Of a DNA stretch of 64,000 nt, positions 37,250 to 51,300 are shown piece after piece. The number at the start of each line of letters is the position of its first letter. Within the stretch, counting starts at the first letter, position 1. The stretch is from Ptychomitrium polyphyllum (taxonomy: Eukaryota), in assembly GCA_973851085.1 (NCBI GenBank), contig OZ316775.1, positions 9,424,001 through 9,488,000 on the forward strand, given 5' to 3'. Under the pieces are notes generated by a model. The model did not search any database, was not told where the DNA came from, and was given only the letters and a program-made list of their open reading frames with translations. The translations under genes were made by a program, and so were the position numbers.

Positions 37250-40200
37250 CGGTGGTGGGATGGTATGATCGTTTATTGATAATCAAATAGTATAATATCA
37301 AGTATTAAAATGTTTTTAGCATGTCAACTCAAAATTAGAGTTTTATTTTATACACAAAGCATGGACATTAATAACCCATTCTTCTATAAAACTCCCCACT
37401 TAAAGTATATCCACCCGTTTTTCTTAATTCTCTCAACATAGAGATTTAAGAAGATCTAAAAAATTCAATCCCTGTAAAGGTAAAAAATAAAGAACTTAAT
37501 ATGCAATATCTTGAATTTAATATTTTAGGTCTACAATGGTTGCATTTTTTCTTAAAACTTGTTCCAAGTCTATATATGCAATTCTAAGCCACATAATCAA
37601 ATCCTTTACAATGAAGCAACAAAAGATTTTGTGTTGTCATATTTAAATTGAAAGGTGCTCCACAACCTTTACTTTTATTTTATTTCGTTTTGTAACAATA
37701 TTGTAAATTTAATTTTGGAATTCTTAAATTACAATAGCCTCTAAAAATATAAGTATATTGATTGGAAGTAGGTACTAACTAAGCACAATAGAAAAAAGAT
37801 GCCAAATTTTTTCAATGGTTATTATTTGTCATTTGTTTCCTACCATATTTTATAATAAGTTGTACTTATGTCCATAGTTTGTTCTTATAAAATTAAACCA
37901 ACAAAAAAATTGATGAAGAAAATAGGCATTGATATTTATGATGATTTTTATGCTCTATTGGTCGAACTTCATTGAAGATTGTACCATATTAACTAATATT
38001 ATCCATGCCTTCTTATCTTGAATATTCATCTTGAATGTTATAGAAATTGTTCCAAAATTATTTTAAGAAACTAAAACATGACTAGAATCAAATGAGCTTA
38101 ATTTAAAGGATACATTCCAAACAATGCGCATTTTTCTTAAATTAAACACAAATAAAGCGGTCCATCCAACACATCTCCAATATTATCTCTTTGCATGTTT
38201 AAAATCCTAAACATAAAAGAAGCGTACCACAGGAGCTCATTTAAGTCTCAAACCAACAGGCAACTACTGGGCGCATGGAAGGAATAAGAGCGTCTTGCTT
38301 GGTGTTGGAGAGAAAGACCAAGAGTATAGCGTGGTTGCCAAACTTATGATCAATCTCCTATAGAAGCTTCAGCAAAATTTGGTTGATAAAGAAGAAGCAT
38401 GAAATTAGGATTTTCTTCTATGAACACACAAAACTCACTACATTTGTGCTTGAAGGCCTCATTTTTTAAGTGCAGTGCATATTTGAAGTTGTCTTTGCAT
38501 CCAATTCTGGCTTCATCTAGCGTTGATATATATTTAATTTCATAAACTACGTACTTTGTGAACAACAGCTGTTTTAGATATATATAATAGCCTAACAAAT
38601 TTGAGATTATCTATGACCTTTATAAGAATCTGCAGCAGCTTGTGTAATTGTTGTAGATGTAGGACTTTTGGATGCGGTGACAACTTGGAGTTTGCATCCT
38701 TTGGAAGCGGAACAGTTGTCACTTCCATAAGATAATAAAGCCTTATGAGAAGGTCCTTTTGTAGAATTTTTTTATAAATGGGTAGCTGTTTGAATCTTGA
38801 GGCGCTTGAAGTAGGAAGATAATTTTAAAATGTCTATGGAGTATGGAGTATGGAGTATTTGAAAGATATTATATCTGCATGAGTTGATATTTAGGTGATA
38901 TTTTAGAAGACATTTGAATGTACTTTTGTAATTTTTTTCATAACATACTAATGTTTTATTATTACGTTGATAACTAGGTGATACTATGATAGTTATGGAA
39001 AATTTACCATGAATGCTAAGAAAATCTTGCACAGTCTAGTATCTTACATCAGAATCAGCATCTATGATTTCTTTTAATTCTTTGTCATACTTGATTAGTT
39101 TTAAAGAAATTAACAAGCTTGAAATAGATTGTGATTAAATAAAATGTCATTTTGCATTTTATGGACATGTTCACGACCTGACCACATAGAAGCTATCTGC
39201 TTTTATTTTTTTTATTCTGGATTAATTTTTTGTTTAGTGTTTGTTTAAAATAATACAAGGTTGTTGTAATGCTATATACACTTATTAAAAAACTATAAAA
39301 AATTGGAATAAAAAGAAATTGAAACATAATTAATTTTCTTTGTTAGTATGTATGACTTCTTTTTTTTTTTAAATCTTTTTGTTCACAGTTCTAATCTTTA
39401 ACGGATACTAAAAAGAATATAAATTTAAAAATTTATTTTTTAAAAGTTCAATTTATATTTGTGTACTTAAAGTTTTCATTCATTCAAATGTAAAATTTAA
39501 CCAAAATTCCAATTATGTATATAATAATGGCAAGAATTTGTTTTATTTTGTCCTAATTCATTTTGCTTATAATGGTTGTTAGATTTTTCAATCATAAGGT
39601 TTATAGAAATGCTTGTAATACTACAAGAAATATCTTAATATAAAAAAGTGCATATTGGTGGTTTCACAAGCTTTTAAGTTGTTGTGTGACAAATATTAAA
39701 TTTCAAAGTATTTTTGATTCAAGTATACCTAAAAAGTAAAAAATTAAAAAAATTTGAATTAGTTTTTTGGATTTATATTGCAGAATGGTCACTATGGTTC
39801 TGCCAACGATACATGACTTAATAATTATAATAAAACTAGTAAATTTCAATCAAAAAGATATATAAAATTTTAATTTCCAATAGTATATAGAAAGTTTTAT
39901 AAATAAATGAAAGATTATACTTTGCATAGAATCAAATTAAATAATGTGAAGGAATTCAACCTTTTTTATATTTGTCAAATTTCCATGAATTTGTCCTCAT
40001 AGGTCTCACTTGTAAGTACTTAAAACCTTTACTTTTGGCTAATATCTCTTACATATTTATATTTTTGTAATTTGTGACAAATTACATACTTAAAATTACA
40101 AATTACAAATTACAAATTACATACTTAATTTTTACAATATGTAAGAGATATGTAAGAGACATTAAAATTACAAATTACATACTTAAAATCTTAATTTGTA

Positions 40201-41950
40201 ACTTATTTTATGGATTTTCTTCCAAAAAGAATGTATGAAAGTACTTCCAAGAATTTAATATACAATATCTATAATGTCTTAATTTGTACAAGAAAACATC
40301 TAATAATTTTCAAATGAATAACAATATATAAAATTTTCAAATATAAAATGGAAATTGGTTACATGATCTAAGAAATTGCAATTAATAAAAAATTATAGAA
40401 TAAGAACATGGCAAATTTGCCATTCTGAAAGTAAATATTTTATTTTAAAAGAAAAATGTCATCCTTTTAAATTTTCATTTGTTTACATTTATTTTAAAAC
40501 TAAATATGAGTAAACTTGTTTAAATGTCTGAAGATCACAAATTATGATTAAATTTAGTTTTTATATATTTTTTTTTCATAATTGTAGCTTATTTTTTGTT
40601 TTTGATTTTTTATAGAATTATTTTGAATAATTAATATTATCACCTCAAATTTATTAAGAAAAATTTGTTTATAATTAAGAAAATATTAAATAACATGATA
40701 TTCATAATTGTAAAAAATAACTCAAATATTGGGTCAATTTGATGCACTTTAATTATTTATTGAACTCACATCTTTTACTTTTCTTTATATTATATAAATT
40801 TAAAGCATGTACTTTTTAATATTTGTATTGTTGGTGGAAATGGATTTAAATGGTATTTAGTAATATATTAAGATATTTGAAGGTAATGTTAGCTTACAAA
40901 AAGATGTAATAATGGTTTTTGAATTTTATGTAGGATAAAGATATATGTAGAAGTAAAATTTGTAATAATTAAGGCTTCCAAAAAATATTCACTAAAAAAT
41001 GGCTCTTTAAAATATCCTTGATCGGAAATGATTACCTTGTGTACAATCTCATCAATTGTATTACATGCATTATTAAGTTTTTTTTCATTAAATTTAAATA
41101 TTTGGTTATATACAAATACTTAAATACAATCACTATAAAAGCCTATAATTATTATGTGTTTTTTGTTTATTCTATCATATAATATATAATAACATCTTTT
41201 ATAAAAGATTTAAATAACTTTTTTCAATTAAATTATTTAAATTTATATTAATTTTAAAGATAAACGAGCTTTTAAAAATGTTTATATTTTTTAAAAATTT
41301 AATTAGCAAATTTTTTTGTTCAATTTTATAAGTTTGGAATAGTTATATAAAAAAAGTCAAAATGCACAAGATAAATCTTTAATCTAATATATGTTGACCA
41401 TTGATCATATGGCAAATAAAACCGAATTTATGCATAAAAGTTTATCTTCAAATCTTTGTATTAAATAAATCCACATTCCAATTTATTTTAAAAATCAACA
41501 TTCATATTTAATTACCATCGCCTTTTAAAAGTAAATAATCCAACTAATATTGTATTTTGAAAGTACAATTTTAACAATTTTTTTTAAAGACTTCATATGT
41601 ATGTATCCAAGAAGTAAAGAAATTCACATTAATTACAACAAATTTTTAGCCACAAAAATTTGCATATTGAACTGCTTATGTATGAAGCTTCTTATGTATG
41701 AAGTTGAAATAATACCAAGTTACCAACTTCGGCACCTCATATGAGAGACTTCACATCAATTACGGCAAAGCTTACATGGAGTCAAATTTTTGGTGGAAGG
41801 TGGAAGATGCACTAAGAAATAATTCTGTGTCAAAAAATTTGGATATTGCTTCATAACATTGTGTTAATATGCAATTCTAAATTCAAAAACTTACGGTCTA
41901 AGTTTAAGTTAGTATTATAATAAATATTTTGACTTATATTATACCTGTAT
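37250..41950. mobile_element. Very AT-rich block with a higher-complexity core (38150-39050), probably an old TE remnant
   Basis: Composition, CG depletion and short broken minus-strand ORFs. No diagnostic motif recognised. Confidence 0.4.
40094..40121. repeat. (AATTACA)4 tandem repeat
   Basis: Read directly from the sequence. Confidence 0.85.
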
Positions 41951-44903
41951 GCACTTAATTGTCTTAGTAATATGAGTATGAAAAGCATTTCAACAAATGG
42001 TCGAATGTGCGGTTCCCTTGCAGTAATAAGCCTTCAGAAGTACTTACCAGAAGGGAAACTCTACGTATATTGTATACAATTGAACAATACATACAACAAC
42101 CTGTAAATAACCAATGTCTCTATAAAGCATCAACGTAAAGACGTGCTCCGATGCGAGAATACATACGCAGTGATTTCTGCGTTCAGCACTAAGTTAGGCT
42201 GCATGAAATCATGCAAGCAGCTACAGACCTCTTAAAAAAGGCTTCTGGGCATAAAAATAATTTTATTTTTAGACAAAACATTGGACTTGTAGATTGCGCT
42301 TGACACTTTGTCACTATCATTAGTGGGCACTGCTTTGTGCAAAATTAAGAACAGACTTCTGACAAACCTGAGGTTGCCGTAATTAAGGGATGGTTCAAGA
42401 CTTCGAGGTGTCCATCGGCGTGAGGACATGACCCACCGAAGAGCAGGCTTTTTATGACATATGAACATATGTACTTGACACTGACATATCTGAAGCCAGT
42501 GGCGTCATGATGAGGGAATGGGCTTCGAATGTCCACTGGGTACATCACACCTATGCACAGAAGGTGCACTGTAAAGGGAGTGAAAACTTCCTAAAGACTC
42601 CAGAATCGAAAACCCCAGCTACTGCGAGAATTCAAGCATCTTCAAGGTTTTTTGAAAATTTTCAAGTTGTTTTTTCTCTGCTATCATCTGGAAGTGGCAA
42701 ACCTGGCAGTCGTGGTTCAAGTTTTCTGTGGTGAATGTTGAGTGAAATTGGCCCCAGGCCCCAAGAGTATTGACTAAAACTACAGGAACCAAATTGTGCT
42801 GCATTTTCATGAAATGCTGTATATGCCTAAATTAGATTCTTTTCAGTCGTTTCATTAATCCATGACCGTTAACTGAACTGTCGAGTTGAAGACTAGGAGC
42901 CACCTGTAACTTTGTTTGAAGTCTTGTATCATTCTTAATATCTTGGTCTCTTGCTGAAGTTCGTAAGCTTGTAACGTCTGCAATCTGGTACACAGCTGCC
43001 GCTAACTCGGGGTGAATCTTAGGGAAGTTCTGAATCTTTTCCGGATTTCCGGCAGCCCCATCCTAAATTTTTGAAGAAAATCCATTGAGGGTGAATGAAG
43101 AAGCTCCTTTCGAGTTCCTTTCGTAGCTCTGTTGTGTATTGACCAGGAAGCACTCCAAAGCTCATTCTACAACATCGAACACGAAAAGGTGCAAACGTGC
43201 ATATATAAAAACGTTACTGTATCGAGGACCAACGTTATCTACCGCTTTTGTACATTAAGATCTCTGCAGTCCATGATCCTTGCAGAAAATGTATTTTTGC
43301 GGTACGAAGATGATTTTGTAGCACACCCTCTACAAGGTGCTTCTGGCTGCTGCGTTTTGTCGTTTTTAGTGGCGAGACTTCTGAATTTCTGTCAACTCAT
43401 GCACGCCAATGGAGGAGGTATACCATCGAGACGAGGCGTCGCTATGGCGCAGTCAGTAGACTCATGGTCATGCAAGTGCTGCAGAGAGATAGACTCAACT
43501 AGCCAGCGGGTTCGAAGCGCTAGTTATTGGAGGTAGCCGAGAGACCAATAGCCGCGCCGTTGCTGTGGATTTTCGTGATTCACTCTGTTTTATAGGGCAT
43601 TTTGCTGGAAAAGAGCTGTACTGTACTACGGTTGTACTGGTGGGCATGATGGTGCACGCGTACGGTGATGTGAGTGGAGGAATTGCGCTTTGCAGATGTT
43701 GCAAATTTGTATGTGGGTCATTTTTTCTGTGGGGTTGAGAATGATATCATTTTTATGGCCGATTGAAGACTGGACCAAGCTTTGTCCTCTCAGTGTTGGG
43801 TTGCGGGGGGTGGCACCTTCACTGCGGAGTCGTTGTTTTGATACTTTTTGGATTACTTTAGTTGGAGGTATGTGTATACACGAAAACCTGCACTTGTTTC
43901 ATAGTACTTACTCTCATCCACCACTACCTATGCAATCAGTGGTCTTCAGCTCTCCGTCACTCTGCTACTTTTGGGCTTTTGGCCACCTTGTATTGGTATA
44001 TTTGTGAATTATAGCTTGCTTTGGAGAGCATGATGATTTAGGATAGGCTGATAGCGCGGGATTGGTTGGAAATAGTAGTTGCTTCTTTGCGTAACGTGAA
44101 GAGCAGAGGGCCTAGCGACTCGTTGAAATTCTGTAATCAGTTTTTGACTGTATCCTTGGCAGGCAATCGACATTACCGGTCTTTCATAGTATTGGGATTC
44201 ACTAGAGATTTACGATGATCGTTCTAGTGTTGATTCGATATCATGCATCAATTCAATCCTGGCAGTGTTTTCATCAAATTTGGTCACCTTAATTTGCCGT
44301 GATTTCCTTTCTTTACCATTTTGTGAGTCTGGTTTTGACGTTTTCACCAATCTAATTAGTCGGTCTTACACAGTTCAACCCCAAAATGCCTCTTCGCAGG
44401 CCTGGGAAGCGTTGGAACAAGTTTTGCTTGAAACTCTCAACCTCGGAGGATCCAAGTGCAACGCTTGTTAGATCGTTGTTCATAACTCCATAGAAACCAG
44501 AACCTCCTCCCATGAAAGTCTAAATTGTCCAAAACCAATTTCGCTGGCGCACGAAGTTCTAGGTAGTGGCGAAAGTTATCTGTTTCGAATCCTTGCGTAC
44601 CGGTTTAAAGAGTATCAAAGCAATGCTTGAAGGTGGTTCTATTGTTTCAAAGCCTTAGATCTGATTTGAGTATTTCTGGTTCAACAGGAGGTGCAAATGG
44701 TTGACAGAAGATTCTTTCAATCTGGTGCGATTACGGGTGTACATGTCTGTGAGACTGGTTGCGGTTGAATCAGCTTCTTCCTTGGGCTGTATCAAGTTGT
44801 AAATTTTTATACCAGCATCCGGCGACCGATAACACAGCGTTTCAAAATGCTGCTGACTCATCACCGACCTAGTGACAAATGGGAGAAATGGGGCGTGAAC
44901 AAC

Positions 44904-46238
44904 ATGAGCAAGGTATTGGCTCTAGCGCTACTCCTTTTGCTGTCCCTTCAGATACTCACATGGAATGGATGCTCTTGCGTGCAATTCCCCTGCCCATTTC
45001 CCAACGTCGGTTACTCAGACCACACTTCACCTCGAAGCAAACCGCCACCAAGCCAGGCCAGTTTGGACGAAGTCTCTTCTACTCAAGCAGACATCGGTCT
45101 TCCGGTCCTGCCAACAAACTGCACTCTAGTGGAAGATCAACTCAGGCTCACAAAGAAACCATCACCACCACCCGTATTGCCACCAAATTCCTACTTTCCC
45201 GCTACGGACTCAGACATCTGGCCTTGCAGGCAACACCACGTCGACGAGATCAACATGACCTACCGTGACTGGCTGAAGGGCAACTTCACCGACCAGCAGG
45301 CTCTCTGCGCAGCGCACCGCCACGCCAAAAGGCCCATGGCGACCGGCACCCCCCGCATCGCCTTTCTCTTCCTCACGCGTGGCGAAATTCCCTTTGAGCC
45401 ACTTTGGCGGAGGTTCTTCGCCGGCCACGAGGACAAATACTCCATCTACGTCCACTCAACCGACTCGGACCACAAATACGCCCCCGATTCGCTCTTCCAC
45501 AACCGAGCCATCCCCAGCAAATCAATCGACAAGGTCAAAATCTCTCTCCCCGAAGCGATCCGACGGCTTTTCTCCTACGTACTCCTCGACTCCGCGACCC
45601 CGAATGCATGGTTCCACATCCTCTGCGAGTCCAGCATCCCAATCCGCAGCTTCCCTTACATTTACAACTATATCACAAACTCCCAGCACAGCTTCGTGGA
45701 GGCTTTCTACCCGACTTCCAAATGGTGGCGGGAGAACTGGAACACGACGGGCGACATGGCGATCCCAGACCATCTCATGCGCAAGGGCGAGGTCTGGGTC
45801 ACCGTGCACCGGCGTCATGCAGGGTTGATCGTCGGCGACCACTATCTCTTCCCGAGATTCAAGCACCACTGGTTCGAATGGGGCATCCCCAGCGAGGTTT
45901 ACATCCCCACGCTTCTCTCGGTAGCTGATCCGCACTCCATCGCCAACCACTCCTTGGTTTATGTCAACTGGATGAATTCGGTGCCCGGCGCAAGCTCTCC
46001 TGTTCAATACAACCATACAAGCATTTCTCCCAATCTGATCCAGAGGATACAGAATCTGACCTCAAATGCGCACGGATTTTACCACGTTGACAAGAAGTGG
46101 AACGACGAGACAGAGAAGTCTTGTATGTACAATTCGGTGCCGAACTCGCCGTGCTTTCTCTTTGCGAGAAAATTCTCTGGAGAGTCTAAGAATATAGAGA
46201 CGTTGTTAAGATTGTCTCCAGTTTTGGGTTACACTTAG
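44904..46238 (+). CDS. Core-2/I-branching-enzyme family glycosyltransferase (GT14-like, DUF266/BC10), single coding exon
   Basis: RIAFLFLTRGEIPFEPLWRRFFAGHEDKYSIYVHS, ESSIPIRSFPYIYNY and CFLFARKFS. N-terminal signal anchor MSKVLALALLLLLSLQIL. The ORF is open from ATG 44847, but 44904 is the preferred start. Confidence 0.93.
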   Translation: MSKVLALALLLLLSLQILTWNGCSCVQFPCPFPNVGYSDHTSPRSKPPPSQASLDEVSSTQADIGLPVLPTNCTLVEDQLRLTKKPSPPPVLPPNSYFPATDSDIWPCRQHHVDEINMTYRDWLKGNFTDQQALCAAHRHAKRPMATGTPRIAFLFLTRGEIPFEPLWRRFFAGHEDKYSIYVHSTDSDHKYAPDSLFHNRAIPSKSIDKVKISLPEAIRRLFSYVLLDSATPNAWFHILCESSIPIRSFPYIYNYITNSQHSFVEAFYPTSKWWRENWNTTGDMAIPDHLMRKGEVWVTVHRRHAGLIVGDHYLFPRFKHHWFEWGIPSEVYIPTLLSVADPHSIANHSLVYVNWMNSVPGASSPVQYNHTSISPNLIQRIQNLTSNAHGFYHVDKKWNDETEKSCMYNSVPNSPCFLFARKFSGESKNIETLLRLSPVLGYT

Positions 46239-48310
46239 ATTCACGGTGATCAACTCTTGTACCATAGTGAAAACTTGCCACTGCGTATAAGCCAACGATG
46301 TGGGTTTGGCAATTTTGCAGTGACGATACCAGTAGAATTTAGCGTTTGGGATACTTCGCCGTATGTAATCCTTCGAATTTCATGAGCTAATGATAATACC
46401 TGATATTCTTAGGTGTAAGTTGGCCTCTGGTCTTTCAATGAAGGAATTCTTGTCGTCTGAGCATGAATGCTTGTCGTCTTAGCTTCATGTGTACTAGAGC
46501 AACAAAGCAAACCAATCAATCTCAATTTTGAGCATGATCTGTTCACGTTCAATGCTACTGCTTTTGTTCGCTGTATATATACATCTTCATGTATACTCGA
46601 ACGAGAAAGCAGATGCACATGACATTCAGTATCATACATATATCGAGACAAGTTGCATCTAAGTTTTCACTTCATCGCCAGAGAGGGCAGCTGCATGACA
46701 ATTGGTTGCTACTGTACAGCACTGTGCTACACGAAGCATGAGCAATGTTCGAGGAGGTCAACTCAGTCGATCAAATATTGGACATGCTTATCAAGAGTTC
46801 AGTGTCTCTATTGTATAGTGTTCTGTTCTGGGAAAAAGAAGAAAATTTGTCTTTTCTTTTAGATTCTTAACGCTTCTCCAGATAATGTATGCCTGTAGCA
46901 GTATTTGGATGCTTGCGTAGGTGGAAAGGATTTTCTCTACTGCTTTGGAATCAACTGTGCACAAGGAATGTCAATCATTCATTTTTATTTTTGCTAAAAG
47001 CTGAACGACATCCAATGCCTTGTGCACTATTCCTCTGCGTCCCGGTGTGCAAATAACAAATTTTTGTGTGTAAGTTTTCTGACTTGTACCAGACAGAGCC
47101 CTGTGAAATGCTATTGTAAATTTGAATATGGAGCACGAATTGGTTCAACAAAGACCAAAGACTTCTAAAATTTAAATATGGATTCTGGTGAGGATAAGGC
47201 ATGACCAATAACCTTTTGAACTAGTGTGATTAAAATTCTTTGACAAAATTGTAATCAAGAATTCTTAAAACAAGTTTAAAGTCATGGATTTTTTAAGCGT
47301 GACTTGAACTTGTTGAACTTAATTAATTCTAACGAGTAAAAATATAAAAATAAAAATCACATACACAAATATTCTTCAATTATGAAGCTTGAATGCTTAA
47401 TACGAGTTTAACCATTTCTATCAACAAAATTACTCCTTTATATCTAATAAGTGAGTTTATCCAATGGTGATAAATAATTCTTCACAGCAGTACAGTAAGA
47501 AAATGGTTAAAAATTTGGGGGTAGTTGCGTGAATCCCATTAGGGACTAGAGACAAATATGGATGTCACTCCTGCAGTAGCTTTGCAAATCCTGTTGACCG
47601 GTGAGTCACAGCTCATTATAGGAAACTGACTAAATGGACATCATTTAATCAATAATTGTGTAAAGTGGAGGAGTGACAAAACTGATGACAATTTAGCAGG
47701 AGCTGGATAAATCCAGTTTGGTCATGACGCACTGAACCCCATGCCATTATACTATACATCTTATTTACTTGGCACAAGGCCAAACACTACGCTTGACAAG
47801 CAAGAGTGACCTAACAATGCTACTGTTAGAATACTGGTATCTCTCCCTCCATCATCATGGGGTTATTCACACTGATAAATTCATAGTTGATTAAGTAGAA
47901 AATTTGACATGAGTAAGCTTAAATGCACCAAACCACATCATTAAAAGAGCCTTCTCATAAAAGAGACGAAGTTGTCAAACTAGTCAAGGTAACCTTTCAA
48001 CAAACCCATTTTACGTGCAACAGATATTGATATTTGGCTGCTTTAGTGTGTGGCTATCAAGAGTTGCAACATGGAATATTAAGGTCTGCCATTGAAGCGG
48101 CGAATCAGGCGCAGAACTCTCTTTCTTTCTACCGAAAATAATAATAAGTGATATCACTTCCACGATGACAATGCTTTACTACTGAATGTTTGTATCTTCC
48201 ATAGATATAATGCATCCCTCCGATGAACATCTCTGTTGCAAAACCCTGCGTAAGCTTGCCATTGCCGATTAGACAGCCGACCGTACTCTAAATCAAACTT
48301 TCAGTGGACC

Positions 48311-51300
48311 TTAAACCCTGAGGGTTTTCTTGTACTCAGCGAATGTACCATGGAACGGGGTTGCCTTACCATCCGAGACACACCAAAGTTCATCCACACT
48401 TCCTGAAATGAGATGCTCGTCATGGCTCACCTGCACAACATATCACAACTCAGTCAATTGTGCAAAATACGAGCTCTTGGGCCAGCTTCAAGAATAGACA
48501 GGAATACGGCTCATTGAGAAGAGCGAGTGAATTAGATTTCCAGCTCTCGCCATCTGCAGATACAAGCATAGGCAAATTATGCAAACGTTCAGAACCAAAT
48601 GAAGTCAACTATGAACAAATGGTTGGAAGGAATACCATAAGCACGCCTCCCTGAAACAGAGCCAGCCCTTGGATTAGTGCCTCCACAGCATCAAGATCCT
48701 GTAATCCAGCCACAAGGTCAGTAAACATAATCAGAATGATTTCGTAACACCTTAAGGATTACTGCGTCCAGAAGATCTTATTCTGAAATACTACACTGAC
48801 GACTAGCAAAAAGATAGTACTGCAACTTTTACAAGCGGTTAAGTGAAACACAGCCATTGAAGACAAATATACCAAGTGGTTGGAAGGCTCATCCAGCAAT
48901 AGGATATGGGGCTTGTTGAAAGTGATTTTTGCAAAAGCTACCCTACTCTTTTGACCACCTGCATGACAATCACAGAAGCCGCAAGACTAATTATTTGACA
49001 CGTCACAGTCAAACAGCGTTGCAGTAAAGTAAATGACAAAGACATCACAATGCCCTTGATCCTCCAATCACTTGGTCAAAGCTGAAATAAGACAGTTGGC
49101 AGCACCTCCATTACAATTATAAATGCGCAGAAGGACTTTAAAAAACTCAAATAAAAATCTACTATGTCTTGCAAAGGCGTTGAACATGCGAGCATGAATA
49201 CACTTTCCCGTGAATACAAACAGGAAAATAAGGTATTTACAAAGACTCGACAGAACCCATGTAGTCCCTACAGGCTGTCAGAAAATATACATAAGTGAAT
49301 AATCGACTAAATAAGTAAATACAAACCTGAAAGTGTGTACATAGATTGCAAAGCCAAGTTCCCTGTGATTCCAAATGAACCTAGATGCGAGCGTAGACGT
49401 TGCTCTAGTACACCCTGGAATAAAGATAGCGACTTATTCAGATTCGACGAAGAAACTGAGCATGAGCCGCGATTCATGGCTTCACATTTATTAAACAAGA
49501 CTGTTTTTTCATACTTATTATTGTAATGTATATGTATTTATCAAACCAAACCAGAGGCCTGTGAGCTAAGAATGGAATACTTCACAAATTTGGCTGCTAT
49601 AACTACATTATGAATTTAAGACTTCAAACTACATATGCGGTTCTGAGAAATTTGAAGAAGTAGTAATTTTGAAATAAAACCAACTCCAGTTAGGCACCAT
49701 ATCCATAACCTAATTGTTATAAGAATTAATGAACACGGAATGCGCATAGAAGGTATAGTTTCTCACAGGGAAACAATGTGCCATATAGAGCAGTGGCGTC
49801 GATGAAAGATCCAGGCCATCAACGTGATGCTGACTAAATACTGCCATACGCACCTACATCCACATTTTCCCAAAATGATAAGGACTTCTTGTAATAAACA
49901 CAAAGGTATGTAAAAATTTGATCGAAGTGATCAAGTAAAAGCAAGATATTATCACCTTTGCAGATCTGAACACTGTTCCTGATATAGGCTCCAACTCTCC
50001 TGAGATTAACTTCAACAAAGTAGACTTTCCGATACCATTCGGACCCACCACTACCCGAGAAAAATATTAGTTTCCACATCAGCAGCAAAGGGATAAAATC
50101 ACATATTGACACACTCCAGAGAGATTCAAAAATTGCTAACCAAAAGAATATAGACTTGGTAGTTAAGAGATCGCTCAAATTCATATCAGAGATCAGATGC
50201 AAAGAAAATACATCTAGAGCTGAATGATCATTCTTCCTTAGCATAAGACCTTACACACACAATTTACACAGTTGACACATATGATACATGATGTCAACAG
50301 AAAGAGATCTGTAATGCTTACTTGCTAGTCGACTGTCAAGGTCAAGCCCAAAATTTAACTTCTTAAACAGGACAGGACCGCCGGGATATCCAAAAGATGC
50401 ATCACTGCAAGAATATAACCAAACAAAATCCCTGACTATCCCAGAAATACAAATTTCTCTAGGCGAAAAGGATGCATTATACACTTGAGAAGAACAATCT
50501 AAGAAAGATTACACCCGATAACAACTAGCCAAACCCAACGGAAACATCTAGTGAAGAAGCTTGCCTGAAACTAATAATTGGTGCACTTGGCTTGTCTTCA
50601 GGTGTTGGAAATTCAAACTTATAGCTGTAAAACATAAACAATGCGCATAAGTGAACTGCTAGTAAGACACAAAATCTTAAACTTGATAAATTACCACTTA
50701 ACCAGCTAAATACTGTATAGGTGCATAACATTTAAATATTGCAAATAGTGACACTTGAAGTCAGTTATATTCTATTACACAGCAAAATGATCCAAATTCA
50801 AAACCACATGATACATTCTAAAATGTGGTCACAAAAAATCAACTCACTCCGGATCATTAACAACTGCATCGACATGGCCGATCCGCTCCAAAGCCTGTAT
50901 AAACAAGACAATTGGATGTTAGGAACATTTGCTAGATGATATTATCTAAAACAAACTCTGTCAGCTCAAAACGAGGATCTGGAATCGAGGCTACTTATCA
51001 ATAGAATATTTCCTAAACTCATCGAGCTAATTAGGTCATATGATCTAGTCAACAACTGGGCAACAAATTGCAGGAAAATTCTTAGTATCATCTATTGTTT
51101 GTCCAAACATTATGGTTTAATTAAAGTTGTTGCATAGATTCAGGGGTTGGTTTACCTGTAGGAAAAGCATAACAAACCAGGCCTAACCAAAAATAGTGCA
51201 TTCATGAGAACAATATAAAGCTCACTCTAAACTACAAAATCTTCAAACGCTAGTGGTGAAGAAGAAAATTAAAATACCTTGATTCTAGATTGCACCAACG

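Noticed and set aside
45379..46016. Alternative-frame and antisense ORFs within the glycosyltransferase
   Set aside because: By-products of GC-rich coding sequence.
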